Of a stretch of DNA of 64,000 bases, positions 49,901-59,679 are shown in pieces. The stretch is from NCBI GenBank assembly GCA_047967505.1, contig CM106538.1. One strand, written 5' to 3'. The position numbers and the translations under genes were made by a program. Numbering within the stretch: position 1 is the stretch's first letter; each line of letters opens with the position of its first letter. The notes below the pieces were generated by a model. It saw only the letters and a program-made list of their open reading frames with translations. It was not told the DNA's origin and searched no databases. The stretch is from Dipteris shenzhenensis. Its lineage: Eukaryota.

Positions 49901-52900
49901 TACAGCATTTCCTTGGCAGAGGCGTTGAGCTGGTTAGAGAGAGCATACCACCACGGGACGAAGGGCCTTTCCCCTCTGCTGAAGGTTTTAGAGGATGGGT
50001 CTGATGATCCGGCCTCTCCTTCGAAACCTTCATAGAAGCGCCTTCGTCTCCACACAGGACATCCTCCGACCACTTCGACATCGACCGCAAGCAGACAGCT
50101 GTTTGTGGCCCACCTTTCCTCCTCATGAGTTTACGCATTATCTCTTGGAACGTTAACGGGTTCCACTCATCAGGCACCCGTGGCCCCAGGAAGATGGTGC
50201 TCAGACAGGAGCTCCAGCCAGCCTTGGTGGGAAAGGTAGATGTGCTCCTACTACAAGAATACAAGCTTTCGGCTTCACAGACCAGTATTTGTGGGAAGGT
50301 CCTCACAGGACGCTCCCACACCTACTGGGAACCTTCGATTGGCGAGCAGGGGAGGAGTGGGGGTGTCTGTACCTCCATCGACGCTTCTCTAGTTCAGCAT
50401 GTGTGTGGTTTTGGCACTATGATCTCAGGACGTGCGCTTTGGGTGGGCTTGCATATTGAGGGATTCCGTATCGGCATTCTCAATATCTACGCCCCGACTG
50501 ATCTCAGACGTAGATCCGTTTTTTGGAGATCCTTGACAGACTTGTTGCCAGAGATGGACTCTTGGATTGTAGGAGGGGACTTCAACAACCTTGAGACCTC
50601 AGAGGATCAGCAGTGACGGGGCCCAGAGTTCCTTGGTATAGCTCAGGCAGAGCAGGCAGATTGGGACTCCTTCCTCTTCGCAGTGGGAGGTCGGGACAGT
50701 TGGAGGGAGCCTTCCTTTCGCAGATGGCCCGGGAGTCTGGACTTCTCTTGGGGTTACAGGAGGGAGGGAGGCAGACTTCTGGAGCGGCTGGACCGTTTCT
50801 ATGTCAGTGATTGGGCGCTTGGCAGAGGAGGAGAGTCAGGAGTGGTTCGAGGGACGACACTTTCAGACCATGCCCAGTCATCCTAGTCCTGGACTCAGTC
50901 TTTCAATCCTCACCTCCACGTTCATGCCGGATCCCAGACTCCATCTACTCCAGAGCAGCGGTTCACAGCAGGATAGTGGACCTATGGGAGCAGGATTGGG
51001 ACCCCACCAGGGATATGGCAGCACAGGTAGCTCAGGCGCTTGCTGAGTCTAGCCTCATTTGCCAGTAGGAGGCGATTCAGGTCAGACAGCGGTGTTGGGC
51101 GTGGGAGAGGGGTCTCAGACGTGATCTCGCTTTGATTCAGCGGATGCAGCAGTTTTCTCCAGGCTCTGAGGAGCTTAGACAGCAGGAGGTTCGGGCCCGA
51201 GCCATGCTAGAGAAGATCACCCAGCATCGCTCAGAGTTTTCATTTCACGCTTCCAAGTCCTTCTGGGCTAGGAAAGGCGACAGGATGTGCAGAGAGTTCT
51301 TCATGACTCATGGACAGAGGTCAGTAGGGGAACAGCTCTGTTCTCTTAGGGCACAGGATGGTAGTGTCAGGACAGATCCAGACGAGGTCCGGGACTTGGC
51401 GACAGACTTCTACAGATCATTGTTCCAGCAGGAGTCCCCAGACCCTCGTGGCCGCATTTGTAGGAAGGAGGTGTGGAGATCTACACCGCGGCTCGTGCAG
51501 CCCAGCATGAGCTACGCCCTTCTCGCCCCTTTCACTGTTGTGGAGATGCAGGATGCGGTGAGCGCTATTGATGGGCAGAAATGCCCAGGTGAGGACGGCC
51601 TCTCTAGAGCTTTCTTCACCACCTTTTTGGAGTAGATTCACCGGCCCTTGCTCGCAGCCTTCCAGCACATCTTCTCCAGCGGGTAGATGCCAGAGAGCCT
51701 TGCGACAGGCCTGATTTGCCTCATCCCCAAAGGGGGGGACCGCCAGCAGATCAAACAGTGGCACCCAATCACCCTCCTCCTGACCACCTACAAAATCCTC
51801 GCCAAGATGATCAGCAGCCACATCCGCCCCCTGCTACACGACTTGATTCATGACACCCAGAATGGTTTTGTCCAAGATCGCAGCATCGTGGACAACATCT
51901 TCACTTTCTCAGAGGCGACGGAATGGGCCCAGCACAGTGGCCAGCACCTTGCCATACTCCTTCTCGACTTTGAGAAGGCGTACGACAGGGTAGACTGGTC
52001 CTTCTTGGAAGGTACACTCTCTCGGTTTGGTTTCCCGGACGAGTGGATCAAAGGTATTGCTAGCCTTTACAGATCGGCCTCCAGTCGGGTTATCATTAGC
52101 GACAGGATGGGGGAGAGATTCACACTCGAGCGCTCGGTGCGTCAGGGCTGTCCATTAGCGTCCTACCTCTTCCTATTTTTTGCGGAGGCCATGACCCACT
52201 TCCTTCGAGCCCGTACCACTGGTCTTCGTGGGATGCATCTCCCTATTCGAGATGATGCAGAGCTTCTGGACTCCGAGTATGCAGACGACACAGCCCTATA
52301 TGTGCAGGATGATGTCGAGTCACTGGAGCGTGTGAGACTGTCCCTAGAGATTTTTTGCCTTGCGGCTAGAGCGAAAATCAACTGGCATAAGTCAGTTGGT
52401 TTTCTTACGGATCCGGGAGCCAGCTCACAGTGGGGTATTTTCCTGGGGTTTCGCTGGATCCCTAGAGGACAGACGACACGTTACCTGGGATTCCAGGTAG
52501 GCCTGGACATCACACCGGCTCAGCAGTTCTTGCCGGTCCTAGACTCCATATGACGGAAGCTTGCTTTCTGGAGCACGGTGCGGCTTTCCTTGGCAGGCAG
52601 GGCCCTTGTGGTCAACCAGATTCTTCTTGCCACTGCTTGGTATGTGGCCTCTTGATGGTGTTTCTCGAGGTCTTCTGTAGCCCAGCTGAGGAGACTAATG
52701 CGGAACTTCCTATGGTCTGGTTCAGACGGTTCCGACACCACTAGAGCTAGGGTCGCCTGGCAGACGGTCATTCTCCCCCAGGCAGAGGGCGGCCTCGGCA
52801 TCATAGATTCAGAACTGCAGAGTTAGGCACTTCTTGGCAAGCTAGTCATCCGTGGTCTGACCCCAGGAGGGCAGACGTGGAAGCTCTTGCTACAGCATGG

Positions 52901-55900
52901 TCTCAGTGTGTGTACTCCCCAGAGAGGGGGTGTTTGGCAGCCTTCTATCCGATGGATCTTCACTTCAGCTCCTTTGACTCAGCCCCGTTCCCCCTTCCTC
53001 CGTAGCCTCATCTCGGTCTGGAGGAAGTTGCGACACAGCCTTTCCCAGGTTCCCCCTAGCTGCCGAGAGGAGATAGACAGACAGCCCCTGATCTGGAGCA
53101 GCCAAGTGACAGATGTTACAGGTCGTCAGCTTGGAGAGAGATCCCATATCCCTTGGGCGCTTTGGGCGCGTGGGCCCGCGTACTCGCTCCGGGTTTGGAG
53201 GGACGTCTACAGTCAGCTGAGCCTAGGCGAGCTGACAGCAGCAGTAGGTACGGCACGTGGGATCCAGGCTCGGCGAGCGGAGATTGATGCTGCCATTCCT
53301 GCAGGTTGGAGGATTCCCATAGTCACCGGACAGCTCTTCCCGGGAGATGAGAGGTGGCTAGGACAGTTCACTCCACGAGGCATTCCTTTGGTGGTTGCAG
53401 GCCTCTTCTCGGACTCCTCGGTACACTTCTTCTCCGTCACTGATGACAGTCGCCTACAGAGCAGAGAGGCCATGATCGACCCCCCAGCTTCCCTGGCAAC
53501 GCCTTCGCATCGTAGGGCTGCAAGGGAAGACGTGGCATATAGACCCCCTGATTATGTAGGACCAGGATTGGAGACTCTGGATATGGGAGGGCCGTTCCTT
53601 GACAGAGGTGGAGTGGGACCCAGGAGAGTGGCGTTGGCCACCATCGGAGACCTCAGAGAACCCTACCCCCTTCTTTTCTTACAGTACACGCACGGGTCGG
53701 CGTGCTCTTGGGGCTCTCTAGCGAGGGCTACCCACACAGGCACATAGGTGGTATGCCCAGGGGATATCCTTGGTCTTTCTTCGCACTTTCTGGAAGACTC
53801 TTTGGGCTAGCTGGCGTCCGAGGAAGATCTCCTACTTCCTTTGGATGGTGGCACACAAGGGGCTTCCAATTGGCAGCTGGCTGAGACAGATGGGACAGGA
53901 GGGGCATTGCCAGATGTGTTTTCAGGAGGAGTCGTCCCTGAAACATTGCCTTTGGAGCTGCTCGCATGCGCAGACGGTTTGGAAGGGAATCATGGGGATC
54001 TTAGTGAGGGCTACACCCGAGCTAGGACCGATCACTTGGGGAGCCGTTTGCTAGTGCAGCACTGAGCCGGGACATCACTTGGCCTATGAGTTCTCTAGAT
54101 AGGATCCCGTCTTTTCCATCACGCAGGCCACCTGGGCATACATGGACAGCTTCCCTTGGCATCTGACAGAGACAGATGCAGGAGCGATGCCTCGGCACCC
54201 AGTTTGGGAGATCATAGGGAGCATTGCAGGCTGGCATATCTGGACTTCCAGATGCGCGCAGACTGTAGGAGCTCAGATTACTTCTACTATCCAGACCCTA
54301 GCAGACATCTGGAGCACGATCATTCACACGCTCAAGGGTCAGTGGGATCAGATTCAGGGAGAGTCCTGGGCAGGGAAGGAAAAGGGACGACGTTTCCTTC
54401 GCGACTGGGACCACCGGGAGTTGTTCTTCGAGCACTCCACTCAGAGTCTTCAGTGGCATTACACCCCTCCACCGTGGTTGTTTGTCCACTCTCCGATGAT
54501 TATGCCCTAAGAGGCTTGTATTTAGCATTTTGACTCCTCGGGCTGAATCCGTTTTGTGATTACAGCCCGCTGGCCTTTAAGCCTTCTTGTACTCTCGCTT
54601 TCAAGTAATATAATTAGCACTTTTTTTTGCGCAAAAAAAAAAAAGAAAATGGGAAAAGGTGAAAAAGATATGGATAAAGCCAAGAAAGACGACAACAAAA
54701 AAAAGCAACAAACACAACTGAAACTTGAGCATGTGAACACGCGCTACCGAAGTGGACAGAAAAGCAAAGGCGGGGTCTACCTCAGTCTCAGTCCCTGCTT
54801 CAGTTTCAGTTTCAGTATCAGTCTCAGCCCCTGCTACATCCTCATCTTCAGCTTCAGCTTTAGCCTTAGTTTCAGCTTCAGTTCCAGCTGCAACCTCTAC
54901 ATTCCCAGCTACAGAATCTGCCAGCGACATACCCATACCCATGACATCGGTTGCTTCACTCTCCCTTGGGATAGGGGGGTTGTCACTGATCTCATCTCCC
55001 GCTACAGCTTTCTCACCGATTATGACACCTACTTCGGAGGGGTCATAACTGCTCCGCGTTACGCCTCGACCTTTCTCTCCCCGCTGCCTCTCAGTTAGCC
55101 TATGCTCCCACACCCTGTTGGGATCGCCTCATCCATGCCACTATCATCTCCATACCGTACCTAGCTCACCCAGTCACCAGCTAGCCTCCAGGCTCACCCT
55201 TACTTTCATGCCACAATCCTTCCAGTTTCAGCTAGGACATGGACGAGCTGACCCATCAAAGGCTTGGGCGAACTTGCTAATGGAGGTACACAGTATCCGA
55301 GAGCGCGAGATGGAGCTGACACGCTTTGCACAGGCAGGTCCACTTCACCCAAGAGCAGGTGCGTCTCATACAGAAGTAGGCTCGTGCTATTCGAGACCAG
55401 GCTGATCTCATTCAGGGACTCAGATAGGACATCTCGCAGCTCCGACAAGAGGTCACCGCTATACGCACAGTCCCAGGGAGCACTCCAATTGCTGAGGCAT
55501 AGATTGCGAGCATGCAATTTGCAATTGACGAGACGTCCAGGTGGGTCGATGTGGCCAAACTGGAACCTGCAAGGGTAACCGTTTCGGCAACCCTCATGGA
55601 GCAGCAGCAGAGCTAGTAAGGCTCTCAACATCAAAGTATGTGGGATCCCGCGCACTGCGATGTAGACTGATAGTACGGCTTTACAGAAGACAGCCATAGT
55701 AGCCTCAACAGGTTTGACTTCAGCCTCAACACCAATGTCACCAACTCTAGGATGACAACATCATCAGTGGAGATAGCATCAGTGCCAGCCACCACTTCCA
55801 CCATCTTAGCAGGTCCGACTTCAGCCTCACCAACAATGTCACCATCCTTGGGGATGACAGCACCATCAGGATTAGTGATGGCTTTCACATGCGCCCAAAA

Positions 55901-58900
55901 ATGATGCATCCCTCTCACAGGATGGAGGTTCAGCTTGCATTTCATGGATCAGCAGTAAGAAGCAAGCCAAAGTCTCTCTTTCATCCAGTAAAGTAGAATA
56001 CAGGACAGAAAATGCAGCCACTATGGAATGCATGTGGTTAATAAATTTAATGCATGATTTGCATCATTGACAGGATGGTGTGCCCCCTCTACTTACTGTG
56101 ACAGCCAGAGTTGCATTGCCATTGCAAACAAATCCGGTCTTTCATGCTCACATGAAGCACATTGAAAACCATCATCACTACATTCGGGTTTGCATATTTA
56201 TACACCTTTGAGAAGGATTGGGGATGAGAGATCTACAAACAATGTCGAGGGGTGTTGTAAAATAACATTGTTTTTATTTCTTTGTATTCCCATAGGTGGC
56301 CATATCCTTATGATGAATTTGTGTAGCTAGTCCGAGTTTAATTAGTCTAGTCTATTTATTTCTCAGATATGGATTTCATATATAACCCAGGAGTGTCTTT
56401 GGATTTCATATATAACTCAGGAGTTGTTATTTCATTTGTAACTATTCAGTGGAGCTTTCTAGTTAACTCAAACTCTCTTGTGGAATACACTCTCATGTCT
56501 TGCTCTCCACTTTGTGACTCTCCAACAGTACCTTGGAGAATTATGCACATTTTTGCAAGGCTTGGCCTGCATGCACTTCTAACAATCTCACAAATTGAGC
56601 AGTTTGCTGGTTGTTGGTCTCTCACCATCCTATTAGTGTCTATTCTCGGGCTACCTTAGGTAGTGAGCTAGAACCCTGAGACAGAGACTGCAAATAGCCT
56701 GTCTTTTCCTTATTTTGGTGCCGTAGTGAACAGCTGATCATTGTATCGTTTTGTGGAAAACGTTAACGTAACTGCTTTTTTATTTAAAGGGGAAAGGAAA
56801 GAAGAAACCTAATTAAGGGATGATGCCTCTACAAGTGGGTAGACCCTCTTACATACACATTAGATTACAGGATAACTTTTATATTCTTTGCATCACAGTA
56901 CACTGAGATGATATGTCAAGTAGCATCTAAATGTACAAACTTTATCACGTATAGTTTTGGCCTTTGGATCATGTAGACCCTATCAAGGACACATAAAATC
57001 ATTTCTCCTTACATTTTCACCTACAACTGCTCTTACCTAAAACTTTGTTTGGCATTTTATGCAAGTTCTTGAGTACACAGATACAACTTAATGTTTATAG
57101 ATGTTGTTATTCAATATGTTTAAACAGCTTACAATATATTGAACAATATGTTTGAACAGCTTACAATATATTGAACAGTATGTTTGAACAGCTTAGGATA
57201 TTTAAATAAAAGCCTTCTTCAAAGTGATATTAACTCTTATAGCTTTTAAGGATCTTTCATTCGTTGTGTTTTGCAGATCCCGTTTTGTGTTGTGTATGGA
57301 TGGGTTACAAGGCATGCAATGGACTTAAACTTTCATATATTTGAAACTTCAATGCTCTTTATCACAGTCATTGTAGTGGCATTCATGCTGCAGGTCAGTC
57401 AAAGCCACAGAGTGTAAGCATGAAATGAGAGACGAGTTATCCAAATATCTGCATCTTGTCTGATGCACGTAGTCTTGGATTTTGGGATTGTCTGATTTTT
57501 GAGTGGGGGGACCTGAATACCGAACCTTGGGTGATGGGGTCCTGGTCAGCATTGGCGGGCATCTCCATCATTTCATTAAGAACCTTTGGGTGGTGGGGGT
57601 CAGCAGCCAGAAATGGCTGGCAGCCTTACTATTTTAGATAAGGAAATAGAGTTATACTGACATTGTTTTGCATGCAGGATGGGAGATCAAATTACTTCAA
57701 GGGGCTGATGTTGATTTTGTGCTATTTTATAGTAGCAGCAAGTTTCTATGTCCATGTTGATAATCCGGATAGAGGTATATACTGCCACTCTGTCACCGAT
57801 ATCAATATGCTTTGGTGGAAATCCTTCGCACAAAGGATTTGTTGCACTGCTGCTGATATTATTTCAAAAAGAAGAGAGACTCTAAAAAATGCAATTAAAA
57901 TTTTCTGGAACTTGATATTATGAGGATTAATCTTACGTGTGTAATGTTCCTGAGACTTTTGAAGCAATTTTCCATCCATGGCACAGTGCTCATGCAGGGG
58001 GCATTCCACTGGCCAGCCCATAACCATTTCCCAATGATAGATTAGGGCTTTTTCTGGTTGATGCTTTACAGAGGAGTGGATAGATCTTTGTGAAGATAAG
58101 ATGGTACTTTGATCTGCTAATATTATGGCTGGTATTTAGCATCCCCTTGTATTGAAGGGTGGGTTGAACACTTGCAGAAGTATTACTGTCGGCTTCAAAC
58201 CAATTGTACAAGGAGGTGCTTTGCATGCCTGCACCCTAAGACAATGTCTTTCTGCTCGATTCTTCCTTCTTGACTTATTATCCTAGGACAATTTTTTTCC
58301 TGCTTGACTTATTAGGCTAGGACAATGTGTAGCTCATTTAGTGTACGGAAAGACAACAGAATAGACTTTGACAAGACTCTGACAAAAGAGAGACAAAACT
58401 TCATGGTTGAAGCAAATCCCACCACGTGTAGGAAAGATTATATTCAAGGCAGCTTGTAGTTTTTGCATGCTTCCGGCACTCCCTTCACAGCATTTAATTT
58501 CTTCCCCTATACTTGAAAATCCTGCCATTGATAATCAACCCATCCATCCATGGCTATCATGTCTTCGTGGACCTTTGAAAGAAGAAAATGATGGCTAGAT
58601 CTGCAAGAGTCGATAGATAGTGAATTAGAGACCATCAAACAAGCCCTTAGCTGGAGGGGGGGAATCATAGAGCCTAAATAAAGACTCCCATCCCTAGATG
58701 CAGAAGATTGTGGAAGTTCTCACGATGGGCAGAATGCAAAACATCGATAACTCACCTTTGCGTTTCAACACAGCACAACCTGCAAGTAGCACATGCTTCA
58801 CCATCCTCGTTAATGGCTCCATCACCCAATACTCTCGTATATGAAGTAAAGTGCTTTGGAAGAGACATCCATGACTAGAAGAAGCCAGTGGCACCAAGAG

Positions 58901-59679
58901 AAGTAGACCTGTCAATTTATTAGAGCACCTTAATGCAACAATGGAACAAATCCAAGCTGAAAATAAATGGCTTCAATGTGGAACCAGGCTGGCGGGAGTG
59001 AGAAATCAATCACCTCATCTACCATCCCATGATCCATGTGCAGCACAAACCAACCAAGATGTTTTGTAGTTTTTTGCAATGGCATCGCCAAGCTAGATCT
59101 ACTGCTTTTCCACAAGCGTCCCCCTCATACTGATGTTGCATGTGCAATGGCAATGAGTCGTGTCTCATCACCTGAGGCAATATCCACAATCTTTTTGCAA
59201 CCAAAATATTTTTATCATGAAACTCAGATGGAGTACCATCCAACTTATCCTCGGTAGACAATGCAGTCATTGAATCCTCCCCGGCCGTTTGTAGGCAGAA
59301 TCATCTCCTCACCAGCAAATAAAATCAAATGCACTGCAAATTCTCGTTGTTCATTGTGTGAATTGAGCAAAACTAAAAGTTTCCCCAAAATGTATTGTTT
59401 TCCGCACAGCTTGTGGAAAGGGTAGTAATGCTTTCTCTTGGGATGCAAATTCTTAGCTGACACCAATCCTTGAACTGGATGATCTTCCTAGAGCTAGATG
59501 CAAACAAGTTGCCACAAACTACTGCAACCAAGAAAAGACCTAGAATATCTGTAAACGTGAACTCATTTTGTGCAGGAAATGCCCAAGAGCTGGGGCAGCC
59601 TGCAAATGAACTAGAAGATCACAAATCTTGCTCTCGTTTTGATGGCTGTGACTGTAGGAGGTATGGACATGTAGACTAG
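18785..59679 (+). CDS. CAX: Vacuolar cation/H+ exchanger, type IB (CAX2/5-like), full spliced gene span
   Basis: Exons 18785-19012, 35045-35341, 35604-35671, 35772-35800, 39499-39695, 39817-40029, 42693-42830, 43275-43391, 43544-43597, 57277-57393, 57678-57774 and possibly 59576-59679 join in frame (~552 aa). Motifs GNATE, GNAAEH, LGCAFF and GSSTQI are present. First and last exons are less certain. Confidence 0.9.
19320..19395 (+). mobile_element. Short fragment of RTE-X-like ORF1 C-terminus
   Basis: [21 protein letters not shown] matches [21 protein letters not shown] at ~45820-45880. Confidence 0.7.
22610..23855. repeat. Compound microsatellite block (GT/CT/CA/AT) with duplicated units and internal palindromes
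   Basis: Directly visible. It generates the spurious HT/YI/CV ORFs in the ORF track. Confidence 0.98.
25118..25370. repeat. Degenerate (GT)/(GCAT) microsatellite
   Basis: Directly visible. Confidence 0.9.
26118..26318. repeat. Near-perfect 99-bp tandem duplication
   Basis: ggtttagaacttgc...gtgacatgaga starts at 26122 and again at 26221. Confidence 0.95.
30100..32090 (+). mobile_element. 5'-truncated RTE-X-like LINE (RT C-half, CCHC finger, C-terminal extension, hairpin tail, (CT)n)
   Basis: [39 protein letters not shown]...WG, HQLRIE.GR..C.LC....[12 protein letters not shown]. Begins after a C/CT tract and ends in the hairpin tail plus (CT)n. Clade assignment is inferred from these motifs. 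Confidence 0.85.
32093..32553 (+). mobile_element. Second, short 3' fragment of the same LINE family, abutting the previous (CT)n tail
   Basis: [21 protein letters not shown] is homologous to 31680-31745. The 3' UTR and hairpin tail (32478-32514) are repeated, followed by (CT)n. Confidence 0.85.
32606..32810. repeat. Tandem duplication of about 119 bp
   Basis: gaagctcaaattactcaaggatg...gatggaatatattccttttctagtttctaaatttagt occurs twice. Confidence 0.9.
33156..34760 (+). mobile_element. ORF1-only L1 derivative (half-L1-like), poly(A)-tailed, inserted in a (TG)n tract
   Basis: Decayed ORF with plant L1 ORF1 features (FLGKGFY, PVWITL..LP, knuckle CYWCRQVGH), a stop at ~34615, a ~130-nt UTR and an A12 tail. 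No EN or RT motifs. Confidence 0.75.
35045..35341 (+). CDS. CAX: CAX exon 2
   Basis: ttttctcag acceptor; ...[27 protein letters not shown] (first TM region); G|gtgagc donor. Confidence 0.85.
35604..35671 (+). CDS. CAX: CAX exon 3
   Basis: [22 protein letters not shown](E); ttgcag acceptor, gtgagt donor. Confidence 0.95.
35772..35800 (+). CDS. CAX: CAX exon 4 (29-nt micro-exon)
   Basis: (E)QLAFYTGPI; ttttgcag acceptor, gtgtgc donor; phases 2 and 1 fit the neighbouring exons. Confidence 0.93.
36790..38400 (-). mobile_element. ORF1-only RTE-X-like element with 5' stem-loop and duplicated 3' hairpin tail plus (ATCT)n
   Basis: Pyrimidine-rich 5' leader with TAGCCTCT repeats; stem-loop at 37795-37740; ATG at 37729; [28 protein letters not shown]. 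Tails at 37030-36997 and 36917-36882 lie within a ~115-bp duplication. Confidence 0.7.
39499..39695 (+). CDS. CAX: CAX exon 5 (alpha-1 repeat, CAF motif)
   Basis: [18 protein letters not shown]...[21 protein letters not shown]...CFNQ; ends CAG|gcaag (GC donor). Confidence 0.95.
39817..40029 (+). CDS. CAX: CAX exon 6
   Basis: [20 protein letters not shown]...[23 protein letters not shown]...DN; ctgcag acceptor, gtaagt donor. Confidence 0.95.
40160..41520 (-). mobile_element. Internally deleted RTE-X-like LINE (ORF2 C-terminus), antisense in a CAX intron
   Basis: ORF 40249-40791 contains HTLRIE.G.W....RTCTLC....[14 protein letters not shown] degenerate hairpin tail lies at 40197-40165. Confidence 0.8.
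42693..42830 (+). CDS. CAX: CAX exon 7 (acidic loop plus TM)
   Basis: [46 protein letters not shown]; ttgcag acceptor, GAG|gtatta donor. Confidence 0.92.
43275..43391 (+). CDS. CAX: CAX exon 8 (alpha-2 repeat)
   Basis: [39 protein letters not shown]; tag acceptor, gtgcgt donor. Confidence 0.96.
43544..43597 (+). CDS. CAX: CAX exon 9
   Basis: [18 protein letters not shown]; cag acceptor, gtatga donor. Confidence 0.95.
44040..44495 (+). mobile_element. Ty1/Copia integrase fragment
   Basis: [46 protein letters not shown]. Confidence 0.92.
44555..46127 (+). mobile_element. ORF1-only RTE-X-like element (~1.55 kb) with 5' stem-loop, 3' hairpin tail and (CT)n
   Basis: C/T-rich leader; stem-loop at 45044-45104; ATG at 45115; coiled coil [29 protein letters not shown]-terminal [15 protein letters not shown]...[19 protein letters not shown]. 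Stop at 45923 and tail at 46056-46092, with no room for ORF2. Confidence 0.78.
46128..46935 (+). mobile_element. 5'-truncated RTE-X-like LINE 3' end abutting the preceding (CT)n
   Basis: [31 protein letters not shown] is homologous to 31260-31370. Arg-rich extension, hairpin tail at 46841-46879, then (CTTT)/(CT)n. Confidence 0.85.
48245..50035 (+). CDS. L1 ORF1, intact, 596 aa (DUF4283-like N-terminal domain, CCHC knuckle, Pro-rich linker, extra C-terminal domain)
   Basis: Open [31 protein letters not shown]. Confidence 0.9.
   Translation: MAATCPEPVAQTAPPPPSAYRVTLIEHQVSLVKQAATDFSQTSVYGRVIGYSPSRAYIRDWLQSTLYLEDSHIEEVALMGRGIFWLKLSSAQAASDMVRRSPTFVGGKIILMVPWYKGFSVADFDARFRIPRHPVTLIFLGLAIELRPIIKDLGTHFGWPMQDTYVDAAAAQGVPHVKVAVLDPQSIPSEFEIETDTGVVTQRILVTGRPNQCLRCHGFGHQARSCPRFTGTEPQKTPVQATQDTPHQSATSPPEGEGWTEVKRKRKGNKAGPKKPAHLQQEPPPMVPTHQQPGKGKEKGKEKVSQPPPYPSPRPPPPPPPSSILRPPPPSGFPSTLVVSTPLSSSSTIQRESPPPPVPPAAPKPTQTSPSPIPLGPAEGRGPSPQVASTPPSGSDSSSSSPCPRAAPRALPLEFYRAGPWDYLDAAGIGSFPTCLDISIFFLRKGGEGKVSILAPHDGPSYSFTISSEGNEQWTNENVWETIRDQSQEQVQDWIGSRAAELLQQQWQEGDVRLCWCHIAKRFRLLVIIRPPLEWAYAEGLRPWRTSEVAGFYSISLAEALSWLERAYHHGTKGLSPLLKVLEDGSDDPASPSKPS
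50125..54510 (+). pseudogene. L1 ORF2 (APE endonuclease, RT, zinc finger), disrupted
   Basis: [62 protein letters not shown]. About ten stops or frameshifts. Confidence 0.95.
56240..56590 (+). mobile_element. Possible Copia PPT and LTR remnant
   Basis: Purine run cgaggggtg followed by TGT...ACA and a TATATAA-containing short duplication. No partner LTR identified. Confidence 0.35.
57114..57205. repeat. About 32-bp tandem repeat (atatgtttgaacagcttacaatatattgaaca), ~3 copies
   Basis: Directly visible. Confidence 0.85.
57277..57393 (+). CDS. CAX: CAX exon 10
   Basis: [39 protein letters not shown]; ttttgcag acceptor, gtcagt donor. Confidence 0.96.
57678..57774 (+). CDS. CAX: CAX exon 11
   Basis: [32 protein letters not shown]; donor AG|gtatat at 57775. 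Read-through to the stop at 57923 is the alternative. Confidence 0.92.
58330..59450 (+). mobile_element. Highly decayed L1 ORF2 C-terminal remnant
   Basis: W.K..P..VGKII and P..GG.GII motifs resemble the post-RT region of L1. Weak evidence. Confidence 0.35.
59576..59679 (+). CDS. CAX: CAX candidate terminal exon 12
   Basis: Strong acceptor cattttgtgcag; phase 1 matches exon 11; reads (G)[18 protein letters not shown]...HVD*. No homology support. Confidence 0.4.

Larger units (their letters stand above)
47552..54641 (+). mobile_element. Full-length L1-clade LINE, 7.1 kb, with poly(A) and a 15-bp TSD
   Basis: TSD AAAGAAAATGGGAAA at 47537-47551 and 54642-54656. C-rich 5' UTR, ORF1, ORF2 and an A-tail from 54633. 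Confidence 0.96.
46936..55690 (+). mobile_element. RTE-X-like element 5' part/ORF1, split by the L1 insertion (46936-47551 plus 54657-~55690)
   Basis: C/T-rich leader with TAGCCTCT; stem AGCCCC..GGGGCT at 47441-47481; ATG inside the L1 TSD; Ser/Ala-rich region; coiled coil [35 protein letters not shown] motif at ~55610-55650. Confidence 0.65.

Noticed and set aside
49470-50035. Functional link between a Nudix-like ORF1 domain and neighbouring DCP1 (partner of the Nudix enzyme DCP2)
   Set aside because: The L1 is a mobile insertion about 48 kb away inside another gene and the fold is unverified, so proximity is most likely coincidental.
54556-55113. 170-180 aa ORFs on both strands
   Set aside because: They derive from a low-complexity TCAGYY hexamer region within the split retroelement ORF1, not a host gene.
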